A stretch of 64,000 nucleotides of DNA from Gemmataceae bacterium (GTDB lineage: Bacteria; Planctomycetota; Planctomycetia; Gemmatales; Gemmataceae): positions 14,171 through 78,170 of the forward strand of contig JAXMAT010000015.1 in assembly GCA_046350235.1 (NCBI GenBank), read 5' to 3'. The notes below the pieces were generated by a model. That model was not told the origin of the DNA, searched no databases, and saw only the letters and a program-made list of their open reading frames with translations. A program made the translations under genes and the position numbers. Positions 20,055-30,210 of the stretch are shown here, piece after piece (the first letter of the stretch is position 1; every line of letters starts with the position of its first letter).

Positions 20055-22559
20055 TCAGTTTCTCGTGATCGTCTCGTGCAAGTTCAGGATCGCTCGCGCG
20101 ACGGAGGACCATGCGGCGAGCTCGGCGGCGGGGATGTCGCGGGGGGCGGGGCGTTGGCCCACCGTGAGCAACGCGGCGGCTTCGTTTGCGTTCGTCTGGT
20201 AATGCGTCACATGCTGTTTCGCGAGATCGGTGAGGATTTTCGTTTCCTCGGGCGATGGCTTGCGTTGCAGCACGGTGCGATACGCGGCGACGATGCGGGC
20301 TTCGGGATCGGGGCTTTCGCGGACGATCTTTTCCGCCAGCAATCGCGATGCTTCCACGTAGGTGGGATCATTCAGCAGCACCAAGGCCTGTTGCGGCGTG
20401 TTGGAGCGTGGACGCTCGGCGGTGCATTCCTCACGCGTCGGCGCATCGAAGGCGAGCAGGCTGGGATGGAGGAAGGTTCGCTGCCAGTAGGTGTAAAGCC
20501 CGCGGCGATACTGATTGTCTCCCTTGTCGTTCGCCCATTCGCGGGTCGGGAAATTAAGATACTTCCAATAACCTGCCGGTTGGTAAGGCTTCACGCTCGG
20601 CCCGCCGAGGCGATCGACGAGTAGGCCAGAGACGGCGAGGGCGTTGTCGCGGATCATCTCCGCATCGAGGCGAAATCGGCCCTGGCGCGCGAGCCATTGG
20701 TTGTACGGGTCGCGTTGCCGAAGTTCCTTCGAGGCGACCGACGATTGGCGATACGCGTTCGACGATGCGATCAGCTTGAACAGCCGTTTGACGTCCCAAT
20801 CCTTCTGGAACTCGGCGGAAAGCCAATCGAGCAACTCGGGATGCGTGGGAGCCGCGCCGACGGAGCCGAAATCGTCCGGCGTCTTCACGATGCCTTGCCC
20901 GAACATCAGCATCCAGATGCGATTGACGAACACGCGGGCGGCGAGCGGATTGTCGCGGCTCACCATCCACTGGGCGAAATCGAGCCGGGTGAGGCGTTTC
21001 TTCGGATCCTCGACTTTGATCGGATGCAACGATGCGGGCGTGGTCGGCATCACAAGTTCGCCGCTGTCGTCGAGCCAATTGCCGCGAGGAAGCACGCGGA
21101 TCGGACGCGGCGCGACCGACGTACTCACCAGCGTCTGCGGGAACGACTTGACGAGAGCATCCTTCTCTTGCGTCGTCTTCGCGAGTTTACCTGCTTCGTC
21201 CTTCAGCGAAGGTTCGTTCTTCAGGAAGTAACTCGTCACTGCTTCCTTCTGCTTCGGATTCCGCTTGGCGGCATCGAGCTTGACGAGGTCTTCGATCTCC
21301 TTCGGCAACCCCTTGACCTGCCCCGCCTTCGCGGCAGCTTCCCAGGTCTGCTGCAGCTTGACGGCTTCTGGCCCGGCGACTTTCGCTTTGAGGGCGGCGA
21401 TGTCCGCTTCGAGTTGCTTCAGCTTCGCTTCCTGTTCCTTGCTCGGCAGCGGGGTCTGCCCCTGCCGGCCGACGGCCGCTTCCTGGATGTCGGCGAAGAA
21501 GGCGCCGAATTGGTAAAATTCCTTGCTGCTGAACGGATCATACGGATGGTTGTGGCATTCGGTGCAGCCGAGCGTCAGGCCGAGCCAAACGGTGGAGACG
21601 TTGCGGACTCGGTCGGCGAAATACTTCGCGAGGTATTCCTTCGCCTGGGCTCCGCCTTCCTCTGTCGTCTGCAGAAGCCGGTTGTAGCCCGAAGCGATTC
21701 GCTGGCTCGCGGTCGCATTCGGCAGCAAATCGCCAGCGAGTTGTTCGATGGAGAAGCGATCGAAGGGCATGTTGTTGTTGAACGCATCGATCACCCAATC
21801 GCGATACGGAGCCACATCGCGGTGATTGTCGCTGTGGTATCCGCCCGTGTCGGCATAGCGCACCTGATCGAGCCAATGCATCGCCATCCGCTCGCCATAG
21901 TGCTTCGTGGCGAGCAACCGATCGGTCAGTTTTTCGTAGGCATTCGGCGTGGTATCCGCGAGAAACGCATCGACGTCCTCCGCCTTGGGCGGCATCCCCG
22001 TCAGGTCGAACGACAGTCGGCGAATCAACGTCCGTCGATCCGCTTCCGGAGCCGGCGCCAGACCTTCCTGCTTCAGCCTCGCCAGGACGAACGCATCGAT
22101 CGGATTGTTGACCCACTCCGGATTTTTCAGCAGAGGCGACTCCGGCTTGCGAACCGAAATCAGCGACCAAAACGGCTGATACTTCGCGCCCTGCTCGATC
22201 CACTGCTTCAGCTTCGCGATCTCTTCCGGCTTGAGATGTTTATTGGTCTTTTCCGGCGGCATCTTCTTGGCCGGATCTTTCGTGATGAGCCGCAGGAAAA
22301 GCTCGCTCTGGCCCGGTTTGCCGGGGACTAGTGTCGTCGTGCCCTCGCGTTCGGCAAACGCATCCTTCTCCGTATCGAGCCGCAAATCCCCCTTGCGATG
22401 CGCCTTGTCCGGCCCATGGCAGAGGAAGCAGTTATTGGAAAGAATGGGCCGAATATCGCGATTGAAATCCAACGTCTGAGCCAAAGCCGGCCGCACGCAA
22501 GCGACGACGAGCAAGGACGCCAACAGCGTTCGCAAACCAACAGCCATAGCCGGCTCCAT
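20055..22559 (-). CDS. PSCyt1 (cytochrome-c-like CxxCH) + DUF1549 + DUF1553 protein
   Basis: Intact. 'NCFLCHGPDKAHRKGDLRLD' and 'CTECHNHPYDPF', with a C-terminal DUF1553-type region. I prefer ATG 22559 or 22547, which gives a signal peptide. Confidence 0.9.
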   Translation of the reverse strand: MEPAMAVGLRTLLASLLVVACVRPALAQTLDFNRDIRPILSNNCFLCHGPDKAHRKGDLRLDTEKDAFAEREGTTTLVPGKPGQSELFLRLITKDPAKKMPPEKTNKHLKPEEIAKLKQWIEQGAKYQPFWSLISVRKPESPLLKNPEWVNNPIDAFVLARLKQEGLAPAPEADRRTLIRRLSFDLTGMPPKAEDVDAFLADTTPNAYEKLTDRLLATKHYGERMAMHWLDQVRYADTGGYHSDNHRDVAPYRDWVIDAFNNNMPFDRFSIEQLAGDLLPNATASQRIASGYNRLLQTTEEGGAQAKEYLAKYFADRVRNVSTVWLGLTLGCTECHNHPYDPFSSKEFYQFGAFFADIQEAAVGRQGQTPLPSKEQEAKLKQLEADIAALKAKVAGPEAVKLQQTWEAAAKAGQVKGLPKEIEDLVKLDAAKRNPKQKEAVTSYFLKNEPSLKDEAGKLAKTTQEKDALVKSFPQTLVSTSVAPRPIRVLPRGNWLDDSGELVMPTTPASLHPIKVEDPKKRLTRLDFAQWMVSRDNPLAARVFVNRIWMLMFGQGIVKTPDDFGSVGAAPTHPELLDWLSAEFQKDWDVKRLFKLIASSNAYRQSSVASKELRQRDPYNQWLARQGRFRLDAEMIRDNALAVSGLLVDRLGGPSVKPYQPAGYWKYLNFPTREWANDKGDNQYRRGLYTYWQRTFLHPSLLAFDAPTREECTAERPRSNTPQQALVLLNDPTYVEASRLLAEKIVRESPDPEARIVAAYRTVLQRKPSPEETKILTDLAKQHVTHYQTNANEAAALLTVGQRPAPRDIPAAELAAWSSVARAILNLHETITRN

Positions 22560-22820
22560 GGGGAGGCGAAGCAAGAACAAGGCGGGAACGATCAGCCGAA
22601 CTTGAGGATAAGTGACCGGAAGCCGGACCGCAACGGGAAAGGGGGAACGGAAGTTGCGACTCGATGCCGCATAAGCGATAAATCACCGCGAATTCCGGAA
22701 AGAAATTCGCCCGCAGACCGAATAGCTCTACGCCGCCGCGCTCAATAACCAAATGAGGAATCGCCTCGTCTTTTGCGTGGGCACGAAACGTTCTCTGACA
22801 CCACACAGAACAGTACAAGG

Positions 22821-23471
22821 ATGATCATGAGCAACAATGCAAAAACGTTTTTCGACCGGGCAGTGCTTAAATACTGCGTGGGCGATTTGGAATGGCTCAT
22901 CGACGCGTCATTCCGGCATGCAGGGCCTTTGCTGGCATGTGTCGTCAATGGAATCGACCTTTGCGGAGGCATGCTGAATGGCTTCCATGGACAAAGCGAG
23001 ATGCGTTCTTGCCGCTTTATGACGGAGAAGATGAATCTCGAAGCCGACCTAGCAAAGTTTATTTACAAGACGGTTCGGTGTGGAGTCGCACATGAAGGCG
23101 GCCCGAAAAGCGGCGTCCTCTTTTTTGTGTGCCAAACCCACAGCGGCTTCGGTTATAGGCCGACATACTCTCAATTCTTGTTCAAGGATTCCGAGACCAA
23201 GCTGTATTTTCACGTGACCCAATTCGCACGTCGCTTTGTCGATACGGTTCGGCATCTGGACGCGACATTCGATTCAAGTGGGCTTGTTCACGTCCCGTCA
23301 GACATCGATTTGGTCGTACCTTCATCGGTCCTGACTGACGACTCTGCGTTTCCCGACATCAGCCATCTACTTCACCAAGAAAGTCTTCCCGCCAACGGAT
23401 TCAGTACGACTAGAGTTTGGATGTCCGAATTGCTAGGTTTTGAACTAAATTCACACCAAGAGGTGCTTTAA
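22821..23471 (+). CDS. Orphan hypothetical protein in a low-GC patch
   Basis: 216 aa from ATG 22821 (MIMSNNAKTFFDRAVLKYCVGDLEWLIDASFRHAG...). Visibly lower GC than the flanks. No family recognised. Confidence 0.5.
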   Translation: MIMSNNAKTFFDRAVLKYCVGDLEWLIDASFRHAGPLLACVVNGIDLCGGMLNGFHGQSEMRSCRFMTEKMNLEADLAKFIYKTVRCGVAHEGGPKSGVLFFVCQTHSGFGYRPTYSQFLFKDSETKLYFHVTQFARRFVDTVRHLDATFDSSGLVHVPSDIDLVVPSSVLTDDSAFPDISHLLHQESLPANGFSTTRVWMSELLGFELNSHQEVL

Positions 23472-23797
23472 TGCCCTCCTATGACCAGATCCAGGCCTAC
23501 TTTGACCAGTTTGTTCTCTTGCACGCGGAGGAGGAAGCCTTCCTTTTTCTCGAGCGCGATTCGGTTTTTCGCAGGCGTTGAGTTGGGGTTGAAGCGGGCG
23601 TTGGAGATGGCTCGATAGGCGATCGCGACGACGCACAACGCCAGTGAGGCGATGCTCGAGCCTGGCAACCGCAGGAATCGCGCGGGCCGAAGGCCGTACG
23701 CTGACGGAAGCGCTGAATGAGGTCACGGCTGACGGGCCCGCGGATGTGTGTCCGAGATTGCTCCAGCAACTGCAGCGCATTCTTCCACGAGGAACGG

Positions 23798-24565
23798 ATG
23801 ATGCCGACGACGACCGCTTGGCCCGAAGTTTCGTTTTGCCTCGCCGATGCAAATCCAAGCGCGGAGCCCAACGCCTCGGTCGTCGCCGAGGTCCATCGCC
23901 TTGTCTGCCGTTCGGATCTCGATATGCCGGGATTCTGCGTGATCGACTTGGGGGCGACGCTGTCATCGCAGGCGTTTCGGAAATATCAGGTCGCGATGTT
24001 TCGAGCGTTGCGTGCGATCCACCTTGCCGATACCTATCGCGATTTGATCGCGATTTCCGCGGCTCGTTTCGACCAGCAGGTGACGACGAAACTGCACCGC
24101 GACGGTGGGCCGGACGAATCGCTCTTGCTGCTGGGATATGAGCCGACGGTGATTCGCTCTCAGTTGCGCGTGGCGGATTACTCGCGATGTGCGGCCAAAC
24201 TCGGCATCACTGCAGCGGAGTTTCTGGATCGCCACAACCCAATGTTCCGCGCCGGCGAGGACCTTTTGACGGAATACGCCTGCGCCCTCGAAAGTTTTCG
24301 CAACGATCACTTTCAGTTGGTCGTCGTCAACAACAGCATGGCTGAATCCACCGCAGAAAATCCTCGATGGCAGGGGGTCTTGCACACCGCAACGATCCTC
24401 ACGCCCGATCCATCTCGGCGCCGGATCATCAATTCCATGATGATCGCTTCAGCGCCCGTTGGAACGCCGTCAAAAATCTCAGAGCAAGCGATCGAGCAAT
24501 TCGTTTCGACGAACGAAGTGAAGCGATCAGGGTACGACAAGCCTGAACTTGCGGACGACTTGTGA
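23798..24565 (+). CDS. Hypothetical protein with an HxD...H signature (possible cupin / 2OG-Fe(II)-oxygenase or DUF1826-like fold)
   Basis: 255 aa from ATG 23798 (MMPTTTAWPEVSF...). 'KLHRDGGPDESLLLLGYEPT' and later 'GVLHTATI'. The fold assignment is speculative. Confidence 0.45.
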   Translation: MMPTTTAWPEVSFCLADANPSAEPNASVVAEVHRLVCRSDLDMPGFCVIDLGATLSSQAFRKYQVAMFRALRAIHLADTYRDLIAISAARFDQQVTTKLHRDGGPDESLLLLGYEPTVIRSQLRVADYSRCAAKLGITAAEFLDRHNPMFRAGEDLLTEYACALESFRNDHFQLVVVNNSMAESTAENPRWQGVLHTATILTPDPSRRRIINSMMIASAPVGTPSKISEQAIEQFVSTNEVKRSGYDKPELADDL

Positions 24566-24568
24566 TCT

Positions 24569-24901
24569 CTATTCGCTGTCTATCGCGGCGATTTCGAGCA
24601 ACCTCGTGATGATCTCGCTTCGCGTCCCGGCGTAGTCCTCCGCGGTCACTTCCTCGAAATCGCCGATGATGCCGTAGAGGCGAACCGCCGGGTCTTCGAG
24701 CGAGTCGGCGACGAGGTGGACCTCCGCGATGGGGCGGTCGCCGAGGGATACTTCGAGATGTGGCATGCCGCTTTCGTCTTGCTGCGCAACGACGGCGAGT
24801 TCGGGCGATTGTTGCGTCAATTCCTCCGCGAGTTCTTTCAGGCGGAGATGCGCGAGTCGATGTTCGTCATCGTCATCGGGCCTAATGAGGGGAAGCGTCA
24901 T
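24569..24901 (-). CDS. Small acidic hypothetical protein, translationally coupled to pepT
   Basis: 110 aa. Its ATG (24901-24899) overlaps the pepT stop TGA (24900-24898) in an ATGA arrangement. Confidence 0.5.
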   Translation of the reverse strand: MTLPLIRPDDDDEHRLAHLRLKELAEELTQQSPELAVVAQQDESGMPHLEVSLGDRPIAEVHLVADSLEDPAVRLYGIIGDFEEVTAEDYAGTRSEIITRLLEIAAIDSE

Positions 24902-26133
24902 TTCTGGTCGCCCCAGAGCTGGGCCAATTCCACCAGCACGCGCCGGGCGATGTCCATCTCTTCGAGGCAGGTGAACTCGAGCGGCGAATGCAGGTTGTGT
25001 TCGCCAGTGGAGAGGTTCGGCGTCGGCAGGCCGAGTTCGGTCAGGCGGGATCCGTCCGTTCCGCCGCGGACGATGGTTCGCTTCGGCTTCAGACCGACGC
25101 GTTTCATCGCTTCTTCCGCGAGATCGAGGGAGCGAGGCTCCTTCCGCAACCCATCGGCCATGTTGCGGTATTGGGCCTTCACCTCCACCTCGATCTTCGC
25201 CTTCGGATGCTCCGCGCGAAGGCTGACGGCGATCGTCTCGAGCAGGTCCGCTTTCTCCTTGAGCTTGGCCGTATCGAAGTCGCGGAGAAGAATGCGAAGC
25301 GTGACGGAAGCGACGCCCCCTTCGATCGTGTACGGATGCAGGAAACCATCGCGGTCGGCCGTCGTTTCCGGCGACAGGGTGAGCCAGGGCATGCGAGCGA
25401 TGAAGTCGCCGGCGATGCGGACGGCATTGACCATCGCCCCCTTCGCGATCGCGGGATGGAGGTTGACGCCCGTGATTTTCACGATCGCGAGGTCCGCGGA
25501 AAATGTTTCGTAGTCGATTTCACCTGTCGCTCCGCCGTCGAGCGTGTAGCCGACGACGGCGCCGAGCGTCTTCAACTCAAGATGATCGACGCCTCGGCCG
25601 ATTTCCTCATCGCAGGTGAAGCAAATACGGATCGGGCCATGCGGGATTTCGGGATGGGCCTGCAGAAACGCGACCGTCTCCATGATGACGGCCACGCCCG
25701 CCTTGTCGTCGGCGCCGAGCAGCGTCGTGCCATCGGTGGTGACGAGCGTCTTCCCCTTGAGTTCCGTCAACTCAGGGCTGTCGGCCACGCGGATGACCTT
25801 GGATTTGTCGCCGGGAAGCACGAGGTTGTTGCCGTCGTAGTTCCGCCAGATGATGGGATTCACGCCTTTGCCGGAAGTTTCGGGGGACGTGTCCACATGG
25901 GCGATCCACGCGATCACCGGGGCCTTTTCGCGCCCCTTCGTCGCGGGGAGCGTGCCGAGGACGATGCCATGTTCATCCTGCGACGCATCGCCGATGCCGA
26001 GGGCACGCAACTCCTCCGCCAGCATTCGGCCCAATTCGAGTTGGCCCGGCGTGCTCGGGTAGGTGGTCGATTTCTCGTTGGCCTGCGTGTCGATGCGGAC
26101 GTAACGGCAGAAGCGATCGAGCAGCGAATCCAT
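24898..26133 (-). CDS. pepT: Peptidase T (tripeptide aminopeptidase, M20B)
   Basis: 411 aa and intact. 'LLDRFCRYVRIDTQANEKSTTYPSTPGQLELGRMLAEELRALG', 'AHVDT' and 'LGADDKAG'. Confidence 0.95.
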   Translation of the reverse strand: MDSLLDRFCRYVRIDTQANEKSTTYPSTPGQLELGRMLAEELRALGIGDASQDEHGIVLGTLPATKGREKAPVIAWIAHVDTSPETSGKGVNPIIWRNYDGNNLVLPGDKSKVIRVADSPELTELKGKTLVTTDGTTLLGADDKAGVAVIMETVAFLQAHPEIPHGPIRICFTCDEEIGRGVDHLELKTLGAVVGYTLDGGATGEIDYETFSADLAIVKITGVNLHPAIAKGAMVNAVRIAGDFIARMPWLTLSPETTADRDGFLHPYTIEGGVASVTLRILLRDFDTAKLKEKADLLETIAVSLRAEHPKAKIEVEVKAQYRNMADGLRKEPRSLDLAEEAMKRVGLKPKRTIVRGGTDGSRLTELGLPTPNLSTGEHNLHSPLEFTCLEEMDIARRVLVELAQLWGDQK

Positions 26134-26156
26134 GGAGCATCCTTGGGAGTGACTTT

Positions 26157-26201
26157 CGCTTGCGGCTTAGCGTTCAAGATACGATCGCTAAGCCGCAAGC
26201 G
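26157..26201 (-). terminator. 16-bp perfect palindromic hairpin between the DUF1501 pseudogene and pepT
   Basis: CGCTTGCGGCTTAGCG (26157-26172) pairs with CGCTAAGCCGCAAGCG (26186-26201) around a 13 nt loop. There is no U-tract, so an intrinsic-terminator role is uncertain. Confidence 0.35.
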
Positions 26202-26209
26202 GCGAACGA

Positions 26210-27568
26210 TCAAGCGAGAATTCCCTGGATGACCGAACCCGTGGAGAGCGGCACAGGGCGGTCGAGGGGGTCGCGGACCAGGGTGTGCGGGTCGATGCCC
26301 ATCAGGTGAAACATCGTAGCCGATAAATCTTCGGGGCGGACGGCGTTGGTCGAAGGATAGGCGCCACGCGTGTCGGAGGAACCGAAGACGAAGCCGCGTT
26401 TCACCCCGGCTCCGGCGAGCAACACCGTATAGCATTGCGGCCAATGGTCGCGGCCGGCCATGTTGTTGATCCGAGGCGATCGACCGAACTCACCGGCCCA
26501 TACGACCAAGGTCGTGTCCAGCAGGCCGCGGTGGTCGAGGTCTTCGATCAAGGTCGGCAGGGTCTGGTCGGTGATCGGCAGCAGGTAGTCGTTCATGATG
26601 GGATACATCGGGTTGTTGTCGAACCCGTGCGTGTCCCATCCCCCTTCGTTGCGACGCCCGCCGATCTGCGCCGCGAAGTAAACCGTGACGCACTTCACGC
26701 CCGTTTCGACCAACCGACGCGCGAGCAAGCAACCCTGGCCGTAGGTCGTTCGGCCGTAGCGATCGCGCGCGGCCGCCGGTTCGCGCGACAGGTCGAATGC
26801 CTGCCGAAAACGAGGCGACGCGAGCAGGCTCAGCGCCCCGCTGATAATAGGTTTCGATCCCGCGAGCACGCGGCGAAGGTTCCGCGACGGCGGCGGTCGC
26901 ATCGATCAGCCGCTGCACCTCACGGCGATCATGCAGACGCTGCACATTGAGGTTCGCGGGGAGGCTCAGTTCCGGCAGGCGGAAATCGGACGAGTTCGGA
27001 TCTTGGCTGATGAAAAACGGATCATGCGCGGGTCCGAGAAAACTCGCATGCTGGCCCGGCGTGATCGAACCATCGGCAATGGTGTGCGGATAGGAGACGA
27101 AACTCGCCACGCCATCGGGATCCGTCGAGAAGCGATCGATGACGGAACCGTAGGCGGGGTACAGCTCACGCGAATCGCGCAGACGTTGATCGTCGGTCGG
27201 CGGAGCCTGGCCGGTCAGGCTGTAGTAGCCTGCGGAATTGTGGTTCTTCATCTCATGCCGCATCGAGCGGATGAGACAGACCTTGTCCATCACCTTCGCC
27301 ATCCGCGGCAAGCGATCGCAGATCGGCGTTCCGACAGGGCGAACTCGCCATGGGCCGATAAATGCCGCGAATTTGGTCGGGCATATCGGGTTTCATGTCG
27401 AAGGTATCGACATGCGACGGGCCGCCGAACTGATGCAGGAAAATGATCGACTTGACGCGAGAGCCGCGCGCGGGCGATTCGCTAGCCGGCAACAGCGACG
27501 CGGCAGCGCCAGAGTCCCCCAATGCTGAGGAAGGCACGTCGATCCAGGCGATGCGTTAGCGAGGACAT
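26210..27568 (-). pseudogene. DUF1501 protein, decayed (at least 4 frameshifts)
   Basis: The family sequence has to be pieced together from all three frames. The pieces are the Tat leader 'MSSLTHRLDRRAFLSIGGL' (ATG 27568), 'KSIIFLHQFGGPSHVDTFDMKPDMPDQIRG', 'PVGTPICDRLPRMAKVMDKVCLIRSMRHEMKNHNSAGYY...LIDATAAV' and '...DRYGRTTYGQGCLLARRLVETGVKCVTVY..GWDTHG..GRDHWP...'. Confidence 0.8.
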
Positions 27569-27588
27569 GGACCTTCTCACATTTCATG

Positions 27589-27727
27589 CTCCTCTCCACT
27601 CCGGGAGAGGGCCGAGGGTGAGGGCAAATCTTCACGCACGGCTGTAACGTCAAAGCTGACAGAATCCTGGTTCCAATTGGGGTGAAGGCCTTCCCCTCAC
27701 CCCCAACCCCTCTCCCGGAGGGAGAGG
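27589..27727. repeat. REP-like inverted-repeat pair, family 3 (CTCCGGGAGAGGG..GGGTGAGGG)
   Basis: The left arm (27589-27624) and right arm (27694-27727) are reverse complements with a few mismatches and a ~69 nt spacer. The pair lies between the PSD1 stop and the DUF1501 start. Confidence 0.7.
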
Positions 27728-27741
27728 GGAGCGAGACCAAG

Positions 27742-29949
27742 CTAACGCCGCAGCAGGAATTCCTTGGAATTCAGGATGCCCCAGAGGATGTCTTCCGCGG
27801 CGGTGCGTTTATCTTCTGCCGATGCGAGCCGACTGGCGAGCACCTGGCGTTCGCTGTCGGTCGGCAGCCGCGACAGGCCGGCGAGGAACAGCTCATCGAG
27901 CATCGCGTTCGGCGACGTCTTCGCTTCCAGCAATCGACCGACGCGGTTCTTCTCGGCCGAGATCGCGCGATTCATCACCTCGCCGGAGATGAGCGTCAGC
28001 GTCTGGTTCAGGGTCGTGTCTTGCTGGCGTTCGCATTCGCAGGTGAGCAACCGCTCCGGTTTGCCGAATGTGCGGAGAAACCGAACCGCTTCTTGTGCCT
28101 TGGCCCCGCGGCGCAAGCTTGGCAGCGACGGAATCTGCACCGCACGCGTGCCGGCCGGTTGATCGGGAAACACGTTCGGCACCTCCGCAACCTGTGCGAT
28201 CGCATCAAGCAACGCCTCGGCTTGCATCGGGCGAACGAGTGCATGCGAGCCATGGTCTTCATCGTCCGCATTCGTCTCGTTAGGACGGGAGGAACGCTGA
28301 TAGGCCCGCGAGTTGGCGATGCTGCGGATCAGGTGCTTCATGTCGTAGCGATGCCCGACGAAATCGCCGGCGAGCGTATCGAGCAACGCCTCATTGGTCG
28401 GCGGATTCGTCAGGCGGAAATCATCGATCGGATCGACGAGGCCTTTCCCCATCATGTGGGCCCAAATGCGATTCGCTTGAGCCTTGGCGAACAGCGGATT
28501 GCCGTCGGCCACCCAATCCGCGACGCGTTTCAGACGGTCTTCTTTTTCCTTCGCCGACGCTTTCGTTTCGCCCAGGGCTCGCGGCTTCAGCGTCGCTCCG
28601 GTGACGGGATGCTTTACTTCCGCAGCGTCGTTCTGATGCACGACCTGTTCGCCGATGAACTCATGCGAATCGAGCTTGTCGCGGCGATTGTTTTCGACGA
28701 TGCGGTATTTGACCCGAGCGAAGAACGCGGCCAAATGGTGATAGTCATCCTGCGTCCAGCGATCGAACGGATGATTGTGGCACTTCGCGCATTGCATGCG
28801 GACGCCGAGAAAAACCTGCGCGCGCGTCGCCTCGGCTCGAAGGTTCGGCTCGCGCGGCACCTGGTAGTAATTCGCAGGTGCCACCTGATAGGTGCTTCCC
28901 TGGGCGGAGAGAATCTCGCGGGCGAACTCGTTGAGCGGGCGATTCTCCGCCATCGCTTTGCGGATCCAGGCATGGAAAACCTTCACACCCTTCGCATCGA
29001 GCGACTTTTCCTCGACGCGCAGCACATCCGACCACTTCAGCGCCCACCAGTCGGCATACTCGGGACGAGCGAGGACTGCATCGATCAGCTTCGCTCGCTT
29101 GTCGGCGGCCTTATCGGCCAAGAAGGCTTGCGTTTCCTCCGGCCTTGGAAGCATGCCGAGCACGTCGAGATACAGTCGGCGGATGAACTCGCTGTCGGTG
29201 CAGAGTTCGGAAGGATTCATCTTGAGGGCACGCAGCCGATCGCCGATGTGGCGGTCGATGTCGTTCGTCGCGGCCGGTTCGTTCCATCGAAAGCCGGGGC
29301 GATCGAGGACGAATGCGAGCCGTGCAGTGGTCTGCTGATCGAGATAGCGGACGATGATCGTCGTTTCGCCCGCTTCCTTCACCGTCACTTCGCCGTCGCG
29401 CGTGACGTCGGCTTTGAAGTTCGTTGATTCAAAGACGGCCAAGCCGGATACGTCGCGTTTGGAGCCATCGGCGAAAATCGCTTGAGCGGCGACGCGCATC
29501 GTTCCCTTCGACAGCGGAAGGATGGCATTTCCGGGTGTGGCTTTGAGGCCGACCAACTTCGGGCCGTTGTCGCCATCGTTGGCCGCTCCACGCGCGATCC
29601 AGGATTGCAGGATGCGATATTCGGGGCTCGTCACCGAGAATCGGACGCCCCCCTCATGCGGCACTTTGCCCGCGGCTTTGAGCAAAATCAGGCTGGCATC
29701 CGGATCGTTGATGAGAAGACGGCGGGCGCCGACGTCGCGAGTGAGAGCGCGATAATCGAAGTCGGGATTTTCGCCGCGAAGGCTGAGCTTGAGACCGCCC
29801 TTGCCGTTGAGATTGCCATGGCAGGTGCCGAGGTTGCAGCCGCCGCGCGAAAGGACCGCCATCACCTCATTCCGATACGTCGGCTCGCCCGCGAAAGCGA
29901 ACGACGGCATCGCCAAGCAGAAGGCGGCGATCAGCGAACAGCGGACCAT
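27742..29949 (-). CDS. DUF1549 + Big_2-like Ig + DUF1553 protein
   Basis: 735 aa and intact. Signal peptide; 'GGCNLGTCHGNLNGKGGLKLSLRG'; 'CAKCHNHPFDRWTQDDYHHLAAFFA'; C-terminal 'ILWGILNSKEFLLRR'. Confidence 0.9.
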   Translation of the reverse strand: MVRCSLIAAFCLAMPSFAFAGEPTYRNEVMAVLSRGGCNLGTCHGNLNGKGGLKLSLRGENPDFDYRALTRDVGARRLLINDPDASLILLKAAGKVPHEGGVRFSVTSPEYRILQSWIARGAANDGDNGPKLVGLKATPGNAILPLSKGTMRVAAQAIFADGSKRDVSGLAVFESTNFKADVTRDGEVTVKEAGETTIIVRYLDQQTTARLAFVLDRPGFRWNEPAATNDIDRHIGDRLRALKMNPSELCTDSEFIRRLYLDVLGMLPRPEETQAFLADKAADKRAKLIDAVLARPEYADWWALKWSDVLRVEEKSLDAKGVKVFHAWIRKAMAENRPLNEFAREILSAQGSTYQVAPANYYQVPREPNLRAEATRAQVFLGVRMQCAKCHNHPFDRWTQDDYHHLAAFFARVKYRIVENNRRDKLDSHEFIGEQVVHQNDAAEVKHPVTGATLKPRALGETKASAKEKEDRLKRVADWVADGNPLFAKAQANRIWAHMMGKGLVDPIDDFRLTNPPTNEALLDTLAGDFVGHRYDMKHLIRSIANSRAYQRSSRPNETNADDEDHGSHALVRPMQAEALLDAIAQVAEVPNVFPDQPAGTRAVQIPSLPSLRRGAKAQEAVRFLRTFGKPERLLTCECERQQDTTLNQTLTLISGEVMNRAISAEKNRVGRLLEAKTSPNAMLDELFLAGLSRLPTDSERQVLASRLASAEDKRTAAEDILWGILNSKEFLLRR

Positions 29950-30030
29950 GATTTCTCCGCGAAATCGACGGCAGCGAGCGAGGGTGAGGTGTCGGCATTA
30001 CACCAGTTTTCGCAAGCGATGTCTACGGCC

Positions 30031-30131
30031 GCGAGCTGGTTAGCCTCGACGCGCAGCGGGCGTGGGCAGTGAATTTCGCGATCGCATGGAATTCATTCCT
30101 CGCTCCGCTGCGTCGAGGCTAACCAGCTCGC
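30031..30131. repeat. REP-like inverted-repeat pair, family 4 (GCGAGCTGGTTAGCCTCGACGCGCAGCGG)
   Basis: Arms at 30031-30059 and 30105-30131, differing by a 2-nt indel. The pair sits in the divergent intergenic region. Confidence 0.7.
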
Positions 30132-30210
30132 ATTTCGCACTCGTTTTCGCTAGCGGTTCCGTTACAATCGGGCCGCTTCGGCTCTTGAGTCTTGACTATT
30201 GGAGGCTCCC

